A stretch of 64,000 nt of DNA, taken from contig JAZSGB010000070.1 in the NCBI GenBank assembly GCA_045532505.1, positions 7,941 to 71,940 of the forward strand, given 5' to 3'. Shown in pieces: positions 18,195-29,696 of the stretch. The notes beneath the pieces were generated by a model. It made no database searches, had not been told where the DNA came from, and saw nothing but the letters and a program-made list of their open reading frames with translations. Position 1 is the stretch's first letter, and the number at the start of each line of letters is the position of its first letter. This DNA comes from Acutalibacteraceae bacterium. GTDB lineage: Bacteria; Bacillota; Clostridia; Oscillospirales; Acutalibacteraceae. A program made the translations under genes and the position numbers.

Positions 18195-19850
18195 TTATTT
18201 CCAGGATGAATTAAGCTGAACTGTTCTGTTGAAAATAGGTGCTTCGGCAGTTGAATCCTTATCAACACAGAAATAGCCGTTTCTCATAAACTGGAAGGAG
18301 TCAAGGGGCTTTGCAGAAGCAAGGCCTTCTTCAACAAGGCAACCCTTAAGCACAACAAGGGATTCAGGGTTAATTGCATTAACAAACTCATCATCAGGAA
18401 CACCTGCAGGATCCTCAACGTTAAAGAGTCTGTCGTAAAGGCGAACCTCTGCCTTAAATGCCTTAGGGCCGGCCCAGTGGATTGTACCCTTAACCTTTCT
18501 GCCATCGGGCGCATTGCCACCCTTTGTAGCAGGGTCATATGTGCAGTGAAGAACTGTTACATTGCCATCATCATCTGTTTCGTAAGAATTGCAGGTGATA
18601 AAGTATGCTCCCTTAAGGCGAACCTCGTTACCGGGGTAAAGACGGAAATACTTTCTTACAGGCTCTGCCATAAAGTCGTTTCTTTCAACGTAAATTTCTC
18701 TGCCGAAGGTAACTGTTTTTGTACCAAGCTCAGGTCTTTCAGGGTGTACCTCAACTGTAATTTCTTCAGTCTGTCCCTCAGGGTAGTTATCTATAACAAC
18801 CTTAATCGGGTCAAGCACAGCCATTGCTCTTGGTGCCTGCTCGTTAAGCTCATCTCTTACACAAGCCTCAAGAAGGCCGTAGTCAACTACGCTGTATGCC
18901 TTTGAAACGCCAACCTTTTCAATAAAGGTTCTTATAGCCTTTGCAGGGTAACCCCTTCTTCTCATGCCACAAATTGTTGCCATACGAGGGTCATCCCAGC
19001 CTGAAACAAGGTTATCTGTAACAAGGCGAATATTTCTTCTTTTTGATGTAATACAGTAGTTAAGGTTAAGGCGGGCAAACTCAATCTGCCTTGGTGGCTC
19101 CTCAAAGCCGATTTGCTCAATAAACCAGTTGTAAAGTGGCCTGTGGTTTTCAAACTCAAGTGAGCAAAGCGAATATGTTACACCCTCACGAGCATCTGAA
19201 AGTGGGTGAGCAAAGTCATAGATTGGATATACGCACCACTTATCACCTGTCTGGTGGTGGTCAACATGCATAATTCTGTAAATTGCAGGGTCACGCATAT
19301 TCATATTAGGTGATGCCATATCAATTTTTGCACGTAAAACCTTTGCACCATCGGGGAACTCGCCCTCTGTCATTCTTTTGAAAAGGTCAAGGTTTTCCTC
19401 AACGCTTCTATCACGGTATGGGCTGTTTTTACCCGGCTCTGTAAGTGTACCTCTGTACTCTCTCATCTGCTCTGCAGTAAGGTCATCAACATATGCCTTG
19501 CCGTCCTTAATAAGCTTTATTGCACACTCATAGAGAAAATCGAAGTAGCTTGATGCGTAAAGACACTTCTCCCACTTAAAGCCGAGCCATTCAATATCCT
19601 CTTTAATGGACTCAACATACTCAATATCCTCTTTGGCAGGGTTTGTATCGTCAAGGCGAAGGTTACAAACACCACCGTATTTCATAGCAGTTGTAAAGTC
19701 TATGCAAATAGCCTTTGCGTGGCCAATGTGAAGGTAGCCGTTTGGCTCAGGTGGGAAACGGGTCTGCACCCTGGTGTTAACACCCTCTGCTAATTCTTCA
19801 TCAATAATATCGTGGATAAAATTACCCGCAGTTTCAAAAATTTCTTCCAT
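18195..19850 (-). CDS. glnS: glutamine--tRNA ligase
   Basis: [22 protein letters not shown] (HIGH) and class-I GlnRS-like sequence over 551 aa. Confidence 0.9.
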   Translation of the reverse strand: MEEIFETAGNFIHDIIDEELAEGVNTRVQTRFPPEPNGYLHIGHAKAICIDFTTAMKYGGVCNLRLDDTNPAKEDIEYVESIKEDIEWLGFKWEKCLYASSYFDFLYECAIKLIKDGKAYVDDLTAEQMREYRGTLTEPGKNSPYRDRSVEENLDLFKRMTEGEFPDGAKVLRAKIDMASPNMNMRDPAIYRIMHVDHHQTGDKWCVYPIYDFAHPLSDAREGVTYSLCSLEFENHRPLYNWFIEQIGFEEPPRQIEFARLNLNYCITSKRRNIRLVTDNLVSGWDDPRMATICGMRRRGYPAKAIRTFIEKVGVSKAYSVVDYGLLEACVRDELNEQAPRAMAVLDPIKVVIDNYPEGQTEEITVEVHPERPELGTKTVTFGREIYVERNDFMAEPVRKYFRLYPGNEVRLKGAYFITCNSYETDDDGNVTVLHCTYDPATKGGNAPDGRKVKGTIHWAGPKAFKAEVRLYDRLFNVEDPAGVPDDEFVNAINPESLVVLKGCLVEEGLASAKPLDSFQFMRNGYFCVDKDSTAEAPIFNRTVQLNSSWK

Positions 19851-19861
19851 AATATATCTCC

Positions 19862-21526
19862 TTAAAGCGATTCAATAATCGCATTGATTCTGTTGTTAAC
19901 TCTTTGCTTACCTAAAAGGCTCATTATTGAACAAAGGTCAGGTGTATTTCTTCTTGATGTAACTGCAAGGCGAATTACTGTAGAAACATCACCAACGTGA
20001 CCCTTAAAGGCATCGGGATTTTGCTTGTATTCTTTAACATTTGGTGTAAAGCCCAGTGGCTCGCATAAATCTTTAATTTTTGCAAACCATTGGTCCTTAT
20101 CATCTGCACTGTCGTAAACAGTTAAATATTTTTGAAGAATTGCCTTTGCGTCCTCTTTAGAAATATTTTCGGGGAGCCGGAAATCAGGTGTGTAGTATTC
20201 ATCAAACATATATGAGAAATACTCCTTAACCTCACTCCATTTTGCAATATCCTTACGAGGCTTCGGGCTCTCCCTGTCTATATTAACAAGTGCTGTTGAG
20301 AAAGCCTTATCTGCAGTAAACACCTTGAAAAATTCTTCATCGTATTTCTCTGCCCATTTTTCAATGCAGCTGTAAACCTCATCTGCCTTCATAACAGAAA
20401 TTACGTTTTTACTAACATCGTTAAGCTTTACAAGGTCAAAAAGGCAACCACTCGGGCTCATCTTTTTAAGGTTAAACGGGAAGCTGAATGCATCCACACC
20501 CGGATTTGCTCTGCGCCAATCCTCAAAGTTTGAGTTGAGAAGAGTGAGAAGGTACTCAATAAGGCTCTCTTTAGGGAAGCCCTGCTCTACAAAGTAGCTG
20601 ACTGCTGCTTCAGGGTCTTTTCTTTTTGAAAGCTTACGCTTTGTGCCGTCCTCTTCATCAATTTTCATAACCTGTGGTGTATGTGCATATTTAGGTACAC
20701 GGAAGCCACAAGCCTTAAAAAGTGCAATGTGCTTAGGCACTGAGGATATCCACTCCTCGCCACGTATAACGTGGGTTGTGCGCATAAAGTGGTCATCGCA
20801 GGCGTGTGCAAAGTGGTATGTAGGAATACCGTCGGATTTAAGTAAAACCTCATCAATAATATTTTCGGGCATTTCGATTTTGCCACGGATAATATCATCA
20901 AAGAAAATTCTTTTATCCTCACTACCGTCTGAACGGAAGCGCAATACATAAGGCTTGCCCTCTTTAAGGTTTGCCTCAATCGCCTCGAGAGAAAGGCCTC
21001 GGCACCTTGCCCATTTGCCAAAGTAGCCCCAAATAAGTGCATCGCCCTTTTCCTGCTCCTCACGGATTGCAGAAAGCTCCTCTGCTGTGCAGAAGCAAGG
21101 GTAAGCAAGTCCTTTTTGAACTAAAGCCTTTGCAACTGTTTGGTAAATTTCTGCACGCTTGCTTTGTGTGTATGGGCCGTATGCGCCCTTTTCTTCGTTG
21201 AAGCCTGTAACACCTTCATCAAAATCTATACCAAAAGACTCAAAGCCGTTAATAATCGCAGAAACGCCATCGTCTATTTCTCTTTTTTTGTCGGTATCCT
21301 CAATACGCAGGTAGGAAACGCCTCCTGTAGCCTTTGCAGTAAGCACATCTACAAGTGCGCCGAAAAGCCCACCAATGTGCAGGTAGCCTGTTGGTGACGG
21401 TGCAAAACGGGTAACCCTTGCACCCTCCGAAAGACCCCTTTCAGGATACCTTGCCTCTAACTCCTCTACAGTAGAGGTGATATGAGGGAATAAAAGCTCC
21501 GCTAATTTATTGCAGTCATAATTCAT
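19862..21526 (-). CDS. gltX: glutamate--tRNA ligase
   Basis: [14 protein letters not shown] and KLSKRK motifs. The ATG at 21526 has a GGAG 9 nt upstream; the track start at 21541 has no RBS. Confidence 0.88.
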   Translation of the reverse strand: MNYDCNKLAELLFPHITSTVEELEARYPERGLSEGARVTRFAPSPTGYLHIGGLFGALVDVLTAKATGGVSYLRIEDTDKKREIDDGVSAIINGFESFGIDFDEGVTGFNEEKGAYGPYTQSKRAEIYQTVAKALVQKGLAYPCFCTAEELSAIREEQEKGDALIWGYFGKWARCRGLSLEAIEANLKEGKPYVLRFRSDGSEDKRIFFDDIIRGKIEMPENIIDEVLLKSDGIPTYHFAHACDDHFMRTTHVIRGEEWISSVPKHIALFKACGFRVPKYAHTPQVMKIDEEDGTKRKLSKRKDPEAAVSYFVEQGFPKESLIEYLLTLLNSNFEDWRRANPGVDAFSFPFNLKKMSPSGCLFDLVKLNDVSKNVISVMKADEVYSCIEKWAEKYDEEFFKVFTADKAFSTALVNIDRESPKPRKDIAKWSEVKEYFSYMFDEYYTPDFRLPENISKEDAKAILQKYLTVYDSADDKDQWFAKIKDLCEPLGFTPNVKEYKQNPDAFKGHVGDVSTVIRLAVTSRRNTPDLCSIMSLLGKQRVNNRINAIIESL

Positions 21527-21684
21527 AACATAAAACTCCATTATAATGTTTTAAAATATATCACCTTATTATTGCAGAAAACGAAAAAAGTATCAATAGT
21601 TTTTTGCAAAAAAAGTGTTGATTTATTTAATATTATGATAATATAATATTAAGTAAATTTATATATTGAAAGGTCATTGCTATA

Positions 21685-23457
21685 ATGAAAGCTAAAACAC
21701 AAAAAAATGAACAGAAAACCGGTACAATTTTACTGCTTAAAAGGTTTCTTCCATACTACAAAAGCCATTGGAAAACTCTTGTTTTTGACCTTTTTTGCGC
21801 TGCGCTTACCACCGTTTGCGAGCTTGTGCTGCCACTTATTGTAAAATTTATTACAGGTGCTGCAATAGACGATATTGCTTCGCTCACACCAAAGGTAATA
21901 CTTTCCATTGGTGGTATATATCTGTTTTTGCGCATTGTAGATGCAGTTGCAAACTACTATATGGCATCTATCGGCCACATTATGGGCACAAAGATGGAAA
22001 CTGCTATGCGAAAGGACCTTTTCGGCCATTTGCAAAGGCTCTCATACTCTTACTACGATAACACCAAGGTAGGCACAATAATGTCGCGTATTACAAGCGA
22101 TTTGTTTGATGTTACCGAGTTTGCCCACCACTGCCCCGAGGAATTTTTTATTGCAGGAATTAAAATTCTTGTTTCGTTTATAATTCTTTGCACGGTAAAT
22201 GTGCCCTTAACCCTTCTTTTATTTGCTGTGCTCCCTGTTATGATGCTTGCCTTACAATATTTCAGGAAAAGAATGAAGGAAGGCTTCAGGGAGTCAAGAG
22301 TGGTTGTTGGTGAACTTAACAGCCAGATAGAGGATTCTCTTTTAGGTGTAAGGGTTGTAAAATCCTTTGCAAATGAAGGCATTGAAGAACGGAAATTTAA
22401 AAAGGGTAACGAAAAATTCCTTCAAATCAAATCAAAGGTTTACAAGTATATGGGCTCCCACAGCTCTATAAACAGAGTTTCTGAGGGCGTTATGTACATC
22501 ATAATTGTTGTGGCAGGTGCCTTTGCTCTTGTTAAAGGCAAAATTGAAGCCCCCGATTATATCGCTTACCTGCTTTACATTACTACACTTCTTACATCAA
22601 TACGAAAAATTATTGATTTTGCAGAGCAATTCCAGCGTGGTATGACAGGTATTGAAAGATTTTGCGAAATTATTGACACAGACCCTACTATTGTAGATAA
22701 AGAGGGTGCTACAGAGCTTACCGTTACCGATGGTAAAATTGATTTTGAAAATGTTTCGTTTAAATATTCTGAAGATACCGAATATGTTTTAAAGGATGTA
22801 AATATTAATATCGGCAGTGGCGAGAGCTTTGCCCTTGTTGGCCCTTCAGGTGGTGGTAAAACCACAATTTGCAACCTTATTCCACGTTTTTATGAGCTTA
22901 CAGACGGCTCAATTAAAATTGACGGCATAGATATTCGTGATGTTACCCTTAAGAGTCTTAGAGAAAATATTGGTATTGTGCAGCAGGATGTTTACCTTTT
23001 TGCAGGTACTGTAAGAGAAAATATTGAATACGGAAAGCCCGGTGCAACCGAAGAAGAAATCAGAAAGGCTGCAGAGCTTGCAGGTGCACTTGAGTTTATT
23101 GAAAAGCTGCCTGACGGCTTTGATACCTATGTTGGCGAAAGAGGCGTTAAGCTTTCGGGTGGCCAAAAGCAAAGAATAAGCATTGCACGAGTTTTTCTTA
23201 AAAACCCAAAAATACTTATACTTGATGAAGCCACAAGCGCCCTTGATAACGAAAGTGAATACCTTGTACAAAAATCTCTTGAGCTTCTAGCAAAGGGCAG
23301 GACAACTATTACCGTTGCCCACAGGCTCACAACCATTAAGAATGCAGATAAAATTATTGTTTTCACTAAGGATGGCATTGCAGAAATCGGTAACCACGAT
23401 GAGCTTGTAGCAAAAAACGGACTTTATGCGAGTATGTTTAAAATGTATTTGGTGTGA
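21685..23457 (+). CDS. ABC exporter, fused permease/ATPase (MsbA-like)
   Basis: Six-TM N-terminal domain, Walker A GPSGGGKTT, signature LSGGQKQR, Walker B ILILDEATSALD. Confidence 0.85.
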   Translation: MKAKTQKNEQKTGTILLLKRFLPYYKSHWKTLVFDLFCAALTTVCELVLPLIVKFITGAAIDDIASLTPKVILSIGGIYLFLRIVDAVANYYMASIGHIMGTKMETAMRKDLFGHLQRLSYSYYDNTKVGTIMSRITSDLFDVTEFAHHCPEEFFIAGIKILVSFIILCTVNVPLTLLLFAVLPVMMLALQYFRKRMKEGFRESRVVVGELNSQIEDSLLGVRVVKSFANEGIEERKFKKGNEKFLQIKSKVYKYMGSHSSINRVSEGVMYIIIVVAGAFALVKGKIEAPDYIAYLLYITTLLTSIRKIIDFAEQFQRGMTGIERFCEIIDTDPTIVDKEGATELTVTDGKIDFENVSFKYSEDTEYVLKDVNINIGSGESFALVGPSGGGKTTICNLIPRFYELTDGSIKIDGIDIRDVTLKSLRENIGIVQQDVYLFAGTVRENIEYGKPGATEEEIRKAAELAGALEFIEKLPDGFDTYVGERGVKLSGGQKQRISIARVFLKNPKILILDEATSALDNESEYLVQKSLELLAKGRTTITVAHRLTTIKNADKIIVFTKDGIAEIGNHDELVAKNGLYASMFKMYLV

Positions 23458-23495
23458 TTTAGCTACTAAATTTTATAACAAAAGGAGACAGAATT

Positions 23496-24233
23496 ATGTC
23501 CAACTACCCTACCCCTCACATAAACGCAAGTCCTTCGGATTTTGCAAAAACCGTGCTTATGCCCGGAGACCCGTTAAGGGCAAAATTTATTGCAGAAAAC
23601 TTTCTTGAGAACGCAAAATTAGTGAACAATGTACGTGGCATACACGGCTATACAGGCTCCTACAAGGGTGTACCTGTCAGCGTTATGGCATCAGGTATGG
23701 GTATGCCCTCAATAGGCATTTACAGCTATGAGCTTTTTAACTTTTTTGATGTTGAAAACATTATCAGAGTAGGCTCTGCAGGTGGTATGTGCCCTCAGGT
23801 TAAGGTGAGAGATATTATTATTGCTCAGGGTGCCTGCACAAACTCAAGCTTTGCACACACCTTTAGGCTGCCCGGCACCTTTGCCCCTATTGCAGACTTT
23901 TCTCTTTTAAGAAAAGCTGTTGAAAAGGCAGAGGAATTAAGCCTTAACTACAAGGTAGGTAACGTGCTTTCCTCAGATACCTTCTATAACGATGAGCAAG
24001 GCTTACCCGAAAATGAAACCTCTGCTGCCCTCTGGGGTAAAATGGGTGTTTTAGGTGTGGAAATGGAGGCTGCTGCTCTCTATATGAATGCTGCAAGGGC
24101 AGGTAAATCGGCTCTTGCAATCCTTACAGTTTCCGACCACCTACTAACAGGCGAAAGCCTTTCTTCAGATGACAGACAAAACTCATTTACAGATATGATG
24201 AGGCTTTCTCTTGAAACGGCGGTAGAATTATAA
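23496..24233 (+). CDS. deoD: purine-nucleoside phosphorylase (DeoD type)
   Basis: TPHI...MPGDPLRAKFIAE and GMGMPSIGIYSYEL motifs. Confidence 0.85.
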   Translation: MSNYPTPHINASPSDFAKTVLMPGDPLRAKFIAENFLENAKLVNNVRGIHGYTGSYKGVPVSVMASGMGMPSIGIYSYELFNFFDVENIIRVGSAGGMCPQVKVRDIIIAQGACTNSSFAHTFRLPGTFAPIADFSLLRKAVEKAEELSLNYKVGNVLSSDTFYNDEQGLPENETSAALWGKMGVLGVEMEAAALYMNAARAGKSALAILTVSDHLLTGESLSSDDRQNSFTDMMRLSLETAVEL

Positions 24234-25354
24234 TGAAAAAATTTAACCGAGTTTTTCTTTTCGTTTTAGATAGCTGTGGTATAGGTGAAGCCCCCGACTC
24301 TGCCCTTTTTGGCGATGAAGGCTGCAGCACAATAAAATCAATTGCAAAATCTGCTAACTTTAACATAGATACCCTTAAGGAAATAGGCTACACCCATATT
24401 GACGGCCTTTCCTTTTTAGGTGATGGCACATTAAAAGCACAGGTTGCCCGACTCAGGGAGCTTTCCAACGGCAAGGATACAACCATCGGCCACTGGGAAA
24501 TTGCAGGTATTGTTTCCGAAAAGCCACTCCCCACCTTCCCCAATGGCTTTCCGAAAGCTTTTATTGAGGATTTCGAAAAAAGAATCGGCACCTCTGTTTT
24601 GTGCAACAAGGTCTACTCGGGCACAGAGGTTTTAAAGGACTACGGCAATGAGCACCTAAAAACAGGCTTTCCTATAGTTTACACCTCGGCAGACAGCGTT
24701 TTTCAAATTGCTGCCCACGAGGAGCTTATTTCACCTGAAAGGTTATATGAATTTTGCAAAATTGCAAGAGAAATGCTTACCGGGGAATTAGGCGTTGGCA
24801 GAGTTATTGCAAGGCCCTTTGAGGGTGAATATCCCTTTAAAAGAACACCACGGCGCCATGATTTTTCTTTAGAGCCACCAAAGGAAACTATGCTTGATGA
24901 ATTAAAGGCAGATGGCTTTGATGTAATAGGTGTAGGCAAAATCCGAGATATTTTTGAAGGCAAGGGCTTAACAGAATACGTGTATACCGAAAACAACCTT
25001 GACGGAATGAGCAAGGCAGATTATTATCAACAAAAGGACTTTAACGGCCTTTGCTTTATTAACCTTGTTGATTTTGATATGGTATATGGCCACAGAAGGA
25101 ATGTAGAGGGTTACGCGCAGGCTCTTGCAGATTTTGATAAATGGCTTTTAAAATTTATTAAAAATATGCAGGATGAGGATGCACTTATTATAACTGCTGA
25201 CCACGGCTGCGACCCTGGCTTTAAAGGCACAGACCACACAAGAGAATATGTGCCGTATATACTTTACGGTAAACAAATTCAGCCCAAAAATCTTGATACT
25301 ATAGATGGCTTTACACATATTGCAAAAACAGTAAAAGAGCTTTTGAAAGGTTGA
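24233..25354 (+). CDS. deoB: phosphopentomutase
   Basis: VLDSCGIG N-terminus and ADHGCDP metal-site motif. It sits in a deo operon context. Confidence 0.85.
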   Translation: MKKFNRVFLFVLDSCGIGEAPDSALFGDEGCSTIKSIAKSANFNIDTLKEIGYTHIDGLSFLGDGTLKAQVARLRELSNGKDTTIGHWEIAGIVSEKPLPTFPNGFPKAFIEDFEKRIGTSVLCNKVYSGTEVLKDYGNEHLKTGFPIVYTSADSVFQIAAHEELISPERLYEFCKIAREMLTGELGVGRVIARPFEGEYPFKRTPRRHDFSLEPPKETMLDELKADGFDVIGVGKIRDIFEGKGLTEYVYTENNLDGMSKADYYQQKDFNGLCFINLVDFDMVYGHRRNVEGYAQALADFDKWLLKFIKNMQDEDALIITADHGCDPGFKGTDHTREYVPYILYGKQIQPKNLDTIDGFTHIAKTVKELLKG

Positions 25355-25358
25355 TTCT

Positions 25359-25766
25359 ATGGATAATAAAAAGCTTTACAGCCTTGCTGCTGAGGCTTCA
25401 AAAAAATCGTACTCACCATACTCAAACTGCAAGGTGGGAGCTGCCTTGTTATGTAAAAACGGCAAGGTTTTTACAGGCACAAATATTGAAAACGCTGCTT
25501 TTTCTCCTACTGTTTGCGCTGAAAGAGTTGCTTTTTTCAAAGCAATTTCCGAAGGCGAAGTTGAATTCGCAAAAATTGCAGTTTGTGGTGGCAAAAACGG
25601 AGTAATAAACGGTATTTTTGCTCCCTGTGGTGTTTGCCGACAGGTAATGCGAGAGTTTTGTGAGGATGATTTCGAAATTTTACTTGGTAAAACAGAGCAG
25701 ACCTTTGATATTGTAACCTTAAAGGAGCTTTTGCCACTTTCATTTTCACCTAAGGATGTGAAATAA
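25359..25766 (+). CDS. cdd: cytidine deaminase
   Basis: Zinc motifs CAERVA and PCGVCRQ; 135 aa. Confidence 0.9.
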   Translation: MDNKKLYSLAAEASKKSYSPYSNCKVGAALLCKNGKVFTGTNIENAAFSPTVCAERVAFFKAISEGEVEFAKIAVCGGKNGVINGIFAPCGVCRQVMREFCEDDFEILLGKTEQTFDIVTLKELLPLSFSPKDVK

Positions 25767-25767
25767 T

Positions 25768-27066
25768 ATGAGAATTTATGATATTATAAAAAAGAAACGA
25801 GATGGCTATGAGCTATCCCGTGAAGAAATCTACTTTTTTGTAAACGGCTATGTTGATGGTTCAATACACGATTACCAGGCAGCTGCATTGTGTATGGCAA
25901 TCTTTTATAAGGGTATGACCGAGGAAGAGACAGCCCACCTTACCTCTGCTATGGCAGAAAGTGGCGATACTGTTGATTTATCCTGCTTTGGCGCTTTATC
26001 TGCCGACAAGCACAGTACAGGTGGCGTTGGTGATAAAACAACGCTTATTGTTGCACCTATTGCTGCCTCGCTTGGCTGCGTAATGGCAAAAATGAGTGGC
26101 AGAGGACTTGGCCACACAGGTGGCACAATAGATAAGCTTGAATCTATACAAGGCTTCAATACTGCCCTTTCCCCCGAGGAGTTTTTTGAGGTGGTTAACA
26201 AAACAAGCATTGCAGTAGTCGGGCAAACAGGCAACCTTACCCCTGCCGATAAAAAGCTTTACGCTTTAAGGGATGTTACTGCAACTGTTGACAGCCTTCC
26301 TCTTATTGCTTCAAGTATAATGTCTAAAAAGCTTGCAGCAGGTGCAAAAAACATTGTTTTAGATGTTAAATACGGCTCGGGAGCATTTATGAAAACGCCC
26401 GAAAGCTCTGTGGAATTAGCAGAGGCTATGGTGAAAATAGGTAATAGCTGTGGCAGAAACACCTCTGCAGTAATAACCAATATGGATATACCTCTCGGCT
26501 ATAGCATAGGTAACAACCTTGAGGTAAAAGAAGCCATTGACGTACTTACAGGCACCGGCCCACAGGATTTAAAAGAGGTTTGCCTTACACTTGCAACACA
26601 AATTGTTGCTATAACTAAGGGCATAAGCTCTGCTGATGCAAGAGCCCTTACAGAGGATGCCCTTGCAAGTGGCAAAGCCTTCAGTAAGTTTAGGGAATGG
26701 ATTGCTGCCCAGGGTGGTAACACAGAGTGGATAGATAACACCTCCCTTTTCCCACAGGCAGGTATTACCTATGAAATAACAGCAGAGACCGACGGCTTTA
26801 TTAGTGCTATGGATACTGAAAAAATAGGCATATGTGCAGTTATTTTAGGGGCAGGCAGAGAAACTAAGGACTCAGACATTGATATGAGTGCAGGCATTGT
26901 TTTGAAAAAGAAAACAGGGGATAAAATCAGCAAGGGTGATATACTTGCTGTGCTGCACACAAACAATGCAGATGCTATTAGCTCTGCAAGGGATTGTTTT
27001 GGTAAAGCCATAACAATTTCAGATAAAAACACTGAATTACCACCCTTGATATACAGTATCATATAA
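25768..27066 (+). CDS. pdp: pyrimidine-nucleoside (thymidine) phosphorylase
   Basis: KHSTGGVGDKT motif; 432 aa. Confidence 0.88.
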   Translation: MRIYDIIKKKRDGYELSREEIYFFVNGYVDGSIHDYQAAALCMAIFYKGMTEEETAHLTSAMAESGDTVDLSCFGALSADKHSTGGVGDKTTLIVAPIAASLGCVMAKMSGRGLGHTGGTIDKLESIQGFNTALSPEEFFEVVNKTSIAVVGQTGNLTPADKKLYALRDVTATVDSLPLIASSIMSKKLAAGAKNIVLDVKYGSGAFMKTPESSVELAEAMVKIGNSCGRNTSAVITNMDIPLGYSIGNNLEVKEAIDVLTGTGPQDLKEVCLTLATQIVAITKGISSADARALTEDALASGKAFSKFREWIAAQGGNTEWIDNTSLFPQAGITYEITAETDGFISAMDTEKIGICAVILGAGRETKDSDIDMSAGIVLKKKTGDKISKGDILAVLHTNNADAISSARDCFGKAITISDKNTELPPLIYSII

Positions 27067-27070
27067 AAAT

Positions 27071-27102
27071 AAAACAAGGAATCACAGATGATTCCTTGTT
27101 TT
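27071..27102. terminator. bidirectional rho-independent terminator
   Basis: 13-bp stem aaaacaaggaatc / gattccttgtttt followed by a T-run. Confidence 0.65.
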
Positions 27103-27111
27103 ATTTTTTTA

Positions 27112-27900
27112 TTAATTTTTCAAAAGCTTTTCTGCATTAAGGTGATAGATTTTTTCTTTTTCTGCTTGGGAAAGCTCAAGTGTTTCTATCATTCGCACAT
27201 CCCAAGAGGGTGAGTGCCAAGGGCAATCCGACCCAAAAATAATCCAATCTGCACCTTTTTTGTCTAATATACGCAAGGCTCTGTCCTTAGGCATTGCAGC
27301 GTAACCGAAGGCTGTATCAAAATATACAGGTATATCGCAAAGGTGCTTTAGCACCTGCTCACCCATATTTGCACCACCCCAGTGAGCACAAATCATAGGT
27401 GAATCTATCCAACCTGCTGCCTTTTTCAGCCTTTCGGGTGTTGCGTGGTAAGGAGCCGGATAGCCCATATCCTCACCTGCGTGAAAAAGTATTATAAGCC
27501 CAAGCCGGGATACCTTTTTATACAAAGGCTTAAGCCTTTCATCGTCCACAAAAAACTGCTGGTACTCCGGGTGAAGCTTTATCCCCTTTAAGCCCATTGC
27601 TTTTATTCGTTCAAGCTCTTCAAGAGCATCCTCTGCCCAAGGGTAAACTGAGCCAAAAGGTATTATACTGTCGCTTTGCAAGGATGCAATATAATCGTTA
27701 ACTGCCCTTTGCTGCTTTGCGTTTGTTGCTATTGCAAGGGTAACGCTTTTATCAATACCATCTCGCTCCATTACTGCTTTTAAGCCGTTAATTGTGCCAT
27801 CGGTTTGAGGGATTAAGCCACCTGAAACAAAGCTAAGCTTTTCTATTGTTGGCTTTGCTATTTTTTCGGGAAAAGCATGGGTATGAAAATCTATTATCAT
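27112..27900 (-). CDS. amidohydrolase-2 family metal-dependent TIM-barrel hydrolase
   Basis: IDFHTHAFP N-terminal metal motif; 262 aa. Confidence 0.65.
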   Translation of the reverse strand: MIIDFHTHAFPEKIAKPTIEKLSFVSGGLIPQTDGTINGLKAVMERDGIDKSVTLAIATNAKQQRAVNDYIASLQSDSIIPFGSVYPWAEDALEELERIKAMGLKGIKLHPEYQQFFVDDERLKPLYKKVSRLGLIILFHAGEDMGYPAPYHATPERLKKAAGWIDSPMICAHWGGANMGEQVLKHLCDIPVYFDTAFGYAAMPKDRALRILDKKGADWIIFGSDCPWHSPSWDVRMIETLELSQAEKEKIYHLNAEKLLKN

Positions 27901-28001
27901 AAAAAAACCTCTGTGAAAAAATATGTTTTTATGATAATACTATTTGCTTAAAAAAGCAATATATTATAATTTAAAAAAAGAAAAATAAATACTTAAACAA
28001 A

Positions 28002-28038
28002 AATATAAGCCTGACACAGTGTGTGTCAGGCTTATATT
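28002..28038 (-). terminator. rho-independent terminator
   Basis: 17-bp stem aatataagcctgacaca / tgtgtcaggcttatatt, with a T-run on the minus strand. Confidence 0.6.
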
Positions 28039-28868
28039 TATAACCTCAATTCTCTCTTAAGATTTCCTCCGAGAATAGCTATTTTTGCTTCTTCTGTTAT
28101 CGGCAAGTGCTTTATTCTTTCAATAGCCTCACTGATTTTTTTAGCATCGTTATACGGGGTATCAAGGCCGAAAATACTTCTTTCAACTCCTGTTTGGTGA
28201 ATAAGCGTACAAAGGTCATCATCTGTTAAAGACCAAGCTCCCTGACGAGGGTTGCCCATATCATCTGTTTGCATTGCTATACTTGTCCACCCGGCAAAGG
28301 TGGTGTGGCGCTCCCCTCTGGAATTATTATTCATTATAAGAAGTGTTTCTTTAAAAAAGCTGTAACCACCCATATGCTCCATACTAAAGCGCAAATTCGG
28401 GAAATTATATGCTACCTCATCAAAAAGGAGCATTGCATAGTCGGAAATTCTGTGCCAATGAAGACCTGTGTGGAAGGATAAAAACAAATCCTCCTTTTGT
28501 GCAGTCTCATACACCCTGAAGAGCTGTGGGGAGTCTATTTTTACCTCCTGATATGCAGGGTGAATTTTAATACCTAAAAGTCCAAGCTCTGCAATTTGCT
28601 TTACCTGGCCTTCTAAATTATCTTCATCAAAATTAATTGTGCCAAAGCCTACAAGCTGTGGCTCGTTTGCAATTTCTTGCGCCAACCATTGGTTTCTGTT
28701 TTCCACAAGGTCATACATAGCCATTTGATTTTGAAACGGTGCAAAGCAAACTGCTTTTTCTATACCACACTCATCAAGCAGTCTTTTAAGGTATTCCTTA
28801 TCTCCGTTTGGCTTTGTGTTTTTGGGAAAAAGGTGTGCATGGTTTGCGTAAATTTTGTAATCAGACAT
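28038..28868 (-). CDS. amidohydrolase-2 family metal-dependent hydrolase
   Basis: ANHAHLFP metal motif. The ATG at 28868 is preceded by GGAGG. Confidence 0.6.
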   Translation of the reverse strand: MSDYKIYANHAHLFPKNTKPNGDKEYLKRLLDECGIEKAVCFAPFQNQMAMYDLVENRNQWLAQEIANEPQLVGFGTINFDEDNLEGQVKQIAELGLLGIKIHPAYQEVKIDSPQLFRVYETAQKEDLFLSFHTGLHWHRISDYAMLLFDEVAYNFPNLRFSMEHMGGYSFFKETLLIMNNNSRGERHTTFAGWTSIAMQTDDMGNPRQGAWSLTDDDLCTLIHQTGVERSIFGLDTPYNDAKKISEAIERIKHLPITEEAKIAILGGNLKRELRL

Positions 28869-28915
28869 ATGTAACCTCCGTTTTTTAAACAAAGCAATAC
28901 GTTAAACGTGAAAAT

Positions 28916-29620
28916 TTATTCCTCGTCAGTATCATCAAAACCCATATCGTCTTCGAAAAGCTCCGGATAATAATCCCACAGCATTTCCTCCTGCGAAGCA
29001 GTAAGCGGTTCGCTTGGAATTTCATTTATAACCTCTACCTTGTTAATTTTGCTCCAAAGTGATGGAGTAATACGGATTGTATAACCACAGGCTGAGGGGC
29101 AAAGCCACTCTGTCATAGGGAGCTCAGGTAAGCCGAAGGCAGATAAAATAGTCATAATAACACCACCGTGTGTTATTATAGCTGCCTTTTGTGTGCCTGT
29201 TTTTAAAAGTCCTTCTACTGTTTTACTAAAGCAATCGCACACTCTTTCGGCAAATTCTTTATTGCTTTCGCCATTAAGTGGGCGTGCATCCTCACCACCT
29301 GAAAGCCACTGTGAAAACTCCTCATATGGCTCTAACTCCTCGGCTGTATGGCCCTCAAACTCACCAAAATCGCACTCCTCAAAGCCCCTCATTTCAATAG
29401 GGGTTTTATCGGGGTAAAGTATTGCCGCTGTTTGCTTACAGCGTTTAAGACCACTTGTAAAAACAACATCGGGGTATGGGTAGCCGTAATCATTTTTCAT
29501 TGCTTGGAGCTGCTCTATGCCCTCCTTGCAAAGCTCTTCATCGGTTTGGCCTATGTATCTGCCCTCAAGATTTCCCTGTGTAAGGGCGTGGCGAATTAAA
29601 TAAACTGTATAAGTTTTCAT
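28916..29620 (-). CDS. histidine phosphatase family protein
   Basis: YLIRHALTQGN (RHG-type motif). The start is taken at the ATG with an AGGAG RBS; the track extension lacks one. Confidence 0.7.
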   Translation of the reverse strand: MKTYTVYLIRHALTQGNLEGRYIGQTDEELCKEGIEQLQAMKNDYGYPYPDVVFTSGLKRCKQTAAILYPDKTPIEMRGFEECDFGEFEGHTAEELEPYEEFSQWLSGGEDARPLNGESNKEFAERVCDCFSKTVEGLLKTGTQKAAIITHGGVIMTILSAFGLPELPMTEWLCPSACGYTIRITPSLWSKINKVEVINEIPSEPLTASQEEMLWDYYPELFEDDMGFDDTDEE

Positions 29621-29696
29621 TGCATTCTCCTGTAAAATGGTGTAATATATTATACAATCTGTATAATCAGCGTATAAAAAATATAACAAAACGGAT

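Noticed and set aside
21527-21684. T-box or other leader RNA upstream of gltX.
   Set aside because: The region is short, very AT-rich divergent promoter DNA. I could find no specifier-loop or T-box (AGGGUGGNACCGCG-like) sequence.
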